DNA from: Macrostomum lignano
Taxonomy: Eukaryota
Direction of reading: 5' to 3'
Assembly: GCA_002269645.1 (NCBI GenBank)
Contig: NIVC01001500.1
Span: 1-64,000, forward strand
DNA length: 64,000 nt
A program made the translations under genes and the position numbers. The stretch's first letter is position 1. Each line of letters starts with the position of its first letter. Of this stretch, positions 63,700-64,000 are shown piece after piece. The notes beneath the pieces are model-generated. The model was not told the origin of the DNA. It did not search any database and saw only the letters and a program-made list of their open reading frames with translations.

Positions 63700-64000
63700 C
63701 TCATGTGTCTTGGTGGCTTTTCATGTGTCTTTGTGGGTTCTCATGTGTCTTGGTGGCTTCTCATGTGTCTTGGTGGCTGGTGGCTTCTCATGTGTCTTGG
63801 TGGCTTTTCATGTGTCTTTGTGGGTTCTCATGTGTCTTTGTGGCTTCTCATGTGTCTTGGTGGCTTTTCAGGTGTCTTTGTGGGTTCTCATGTGTCTTGG
63901 TGGCTTTTCAGGTGTCTTTGTGGGTTCTCATGTGTCTTGGTGGCTTCTCATGTGTCTTGGTGGCTGGTGGCTTCTCATGTGTCTTGGTGGCTTTTCATGT
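63700..64000. repeat. 20-bp minisatellite (TCTCATGTGTCTTGGTGGCT)n, runs off the window end
   Basis: Directly visible. Confidence 0.9.

Overview
Eukaryotic (invertebrate) genomic DNA: GT-AG introns, GC-rich exons, and AT-rich, repeat-filled introns and intergenic spacers. The style suggests a free-living flatworm such as Macrostomum (inference only). Genes reconstructed by hand: intronless RPS25 (+); a short filamin-like gene (CH + one filamin Ig repeat + 13-aa repeat tail, -); a pancreatic-type lipase with two frameshifts (+); an intronless PAN/apple + C-type lectin (+); a complete 7-exon DCTN2/dynamitin (-) head-to-head with a Ser-rich orphan gene (+); and the 5' part of an NR2E-group nuclear receptor (+). 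Mobile DNA: two Gypsy pol relics of one family, two related solo LTRs with 4-bp TSDs, and several non-autonomous TIR elements with 8-bp TSDs, one carrying 2 kb of satellite. There are about 20 different tandem arrays, including a 5-kb hairpin-unit satellite. The most unusual signal is a hAT-like non-autonomous family present twice (1764-3896 and 35295-35579). Both copies carry the 28S rRNA segment that is the R2 retrotransposon / I-PpoI target, and in both the cut-site core is altered. In copy 1 the flanks on both sides of that core are nearly intact.
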